Source of the DNA: Azolla caroliniana | Taxonomy: Eukaryota; Plantae; Polypodiophyta | Assembly (NCBI GenBank): GCA_043228905.1 | Contig: JBHGNT010000018.1 | Location: forward strand, 7,936,001-8,000,000 | Direction of reading: 5' to 3' | DNA: 64,000 nt | Shown: positions 62,801-64,000 of the stretch, in pieces | Layout of the letters: each line of letters starts with the position of its first letter | Numbering within the stretch: position 1 is the stretch's first letter | Notes under the pieces: model-generated | What the model was told of the DNA's origin: nothing | Databases searched by the model: none | What the model saw: only the letters and a program-made list of their open reading frames with translations | Made by a program: the position numbers and the translations under genes

Positions 62801-62953
62801 ATCCTAATATCCGGCGGTATGGGACGTCAGTGGTAGGTTGGTTATGTCTAGATCATAGCTCGAGGACAATCGGGTGGAACGAGTTCTTCTATCCATTCTA
62901 TTTTCCTTCTTTTACTTTAGTTTGGTCTATTGATTAGTAATAGACTCTTACCA
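59846..62953 (+). mobile_element. Ty3/Gypsy chromovirus 3' fragment (RT, RH, deleted IN, chromodomain, 3' LTR about 62481-62953)
   Basis: ORFs 59872-60387, 60585-61541 and 62053-62496; PPT gaagtagggaagta; same clade as the 36032-42558 element. Confidence 0.88.
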
Positions 62954-64000
62954 CCTTTCATTCATGAAAGTTTGAAGCTGTAGAGATCAACTACGAGATC
63001 CATGACAAAGAGCTTCTTGCAATTGTGGATTCGTTTCAACAATGGACACATATTATAGAAGGTTCTTCTCAGTAGATCATTGTCTACAATGATCATAAGA
63101 ACCTGACTTATTTCCAAAATGCTCGAGTCTTGAGTCGCCGACAAGCCCAATGAGCGCAATTTTTGACTCACTTCGACTTTATCATCATATATTGCCCTGG
63201 GATGCAGCAAGGCAAAGCAGATGCTCTTTCTCGGCGCTCTTATATGGAACTTCATCCAAGGGAACCTGCATTTGAGCATGAAAAACAAATCCTATTCGGT
63301 CCTAATCGCTTACGATTAATGGTAGTTAATGCCATAAAAACTCTTGAAGATTCCACTCTTCTTGATTCCATTCGAGATCATATAGACATTGATGATTTCG
63401 CCAAGGATGTTTTGGATCATATCGTCCCGGATCGTGTTTCTTCCTCACGATCGAAAAATCCTCGTAATGACTATTGTCAGTTCTATTGGCATGGTGGTTT
63501 TCTGTTTCGACAAAACCTATTGTATGTTCCTGATGGTCCCCCACGACTACAAGTTTTACAACATTGCCATGACTCACCAATGGCCGGTCATTTTGGAGTT
63601 CGCAAGTCTCTAGAATTAACTTCTCGACTTTATTGGTGGCCTCGCCTTCGTCATTTTGTTGAGGAGATTGTTCGCAACTGTGATATATGTTGTCGATCAA
63701 AGAATCCTCGTCATCGATCCTATGGCTTACTACAACCACTTCCCATTCTGGAAAATCCTTGGAAATCAATATCCTTGTATTTCATTACTAATCTCCTAGT
63801 TTCAAAAGGTTTTGATGCAATTCTCACAGTGGTTGATCGATTTACCAAAATGGCACATTTCTTGCCATGTATGAAGTCGATTACTAGTTGAGAGGCAGCC
63901 AATCTGGTTATGCGGGAGGTATTTAAGTATCATGGTCTGCCGGATTATATTATTAGTGATTGTGGTCCACAATTCATCTCAAAGTTTTGGAAGCACATGT
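62954..64000 (+). mobile_element. Separate Ty3/Gypsy element, RNase H and integrase (runs off the window)
   Basis: NYEIHDKELLAIV, GKADALSRR, CHDSPMAGHFG and VVDRFTKMAHFLPC. Confidence 0.9.

Overview
Eukaryotic, gene-free, repeat-only DNA, most likely from a land plant. A non-seed plant is inferred from the retroelement types and the plant-type tRNA. The backbone is a tandem array of minus-strand tRNA-Arg(CCU) genes and pseudogenes: about 54 near-full copies plus 3 remnants, on ~532-bp and ~266-bp monomers with higher-order repeats (1-14327, 17846-32398, 57977-59845). Two Penelope-like retroelements (PLEs) interrupt the array. One can be reassembled across nested insertions: it lacks a C-terminal GIY-YIG endonuclease, has a long low-complexity ORF1 containing a (CCCTAA)n tract, and carries a minimal type I hammerhead ribozyme at 57203-57258. 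Other insertions are a full Copia inside a tRNA copy (TSD CTAGG), a Copia 3' fragment, a Copia solo LTR, two chromodomain Gypsy elements, a tRNA-Trp-primed Gypsy partly duplicated in tandem, a further Gypsy fragment and a 1.2-kb foldback element. No host protein-coding gene is supported and all TE ORFs are decayed. The best candidate for an undescribed system is the association of an endonuclease-less, ribozyme-bearing PLE with a terminator-poor tRNA satellite. All coordinates were read by eye and may be off by a few bases.
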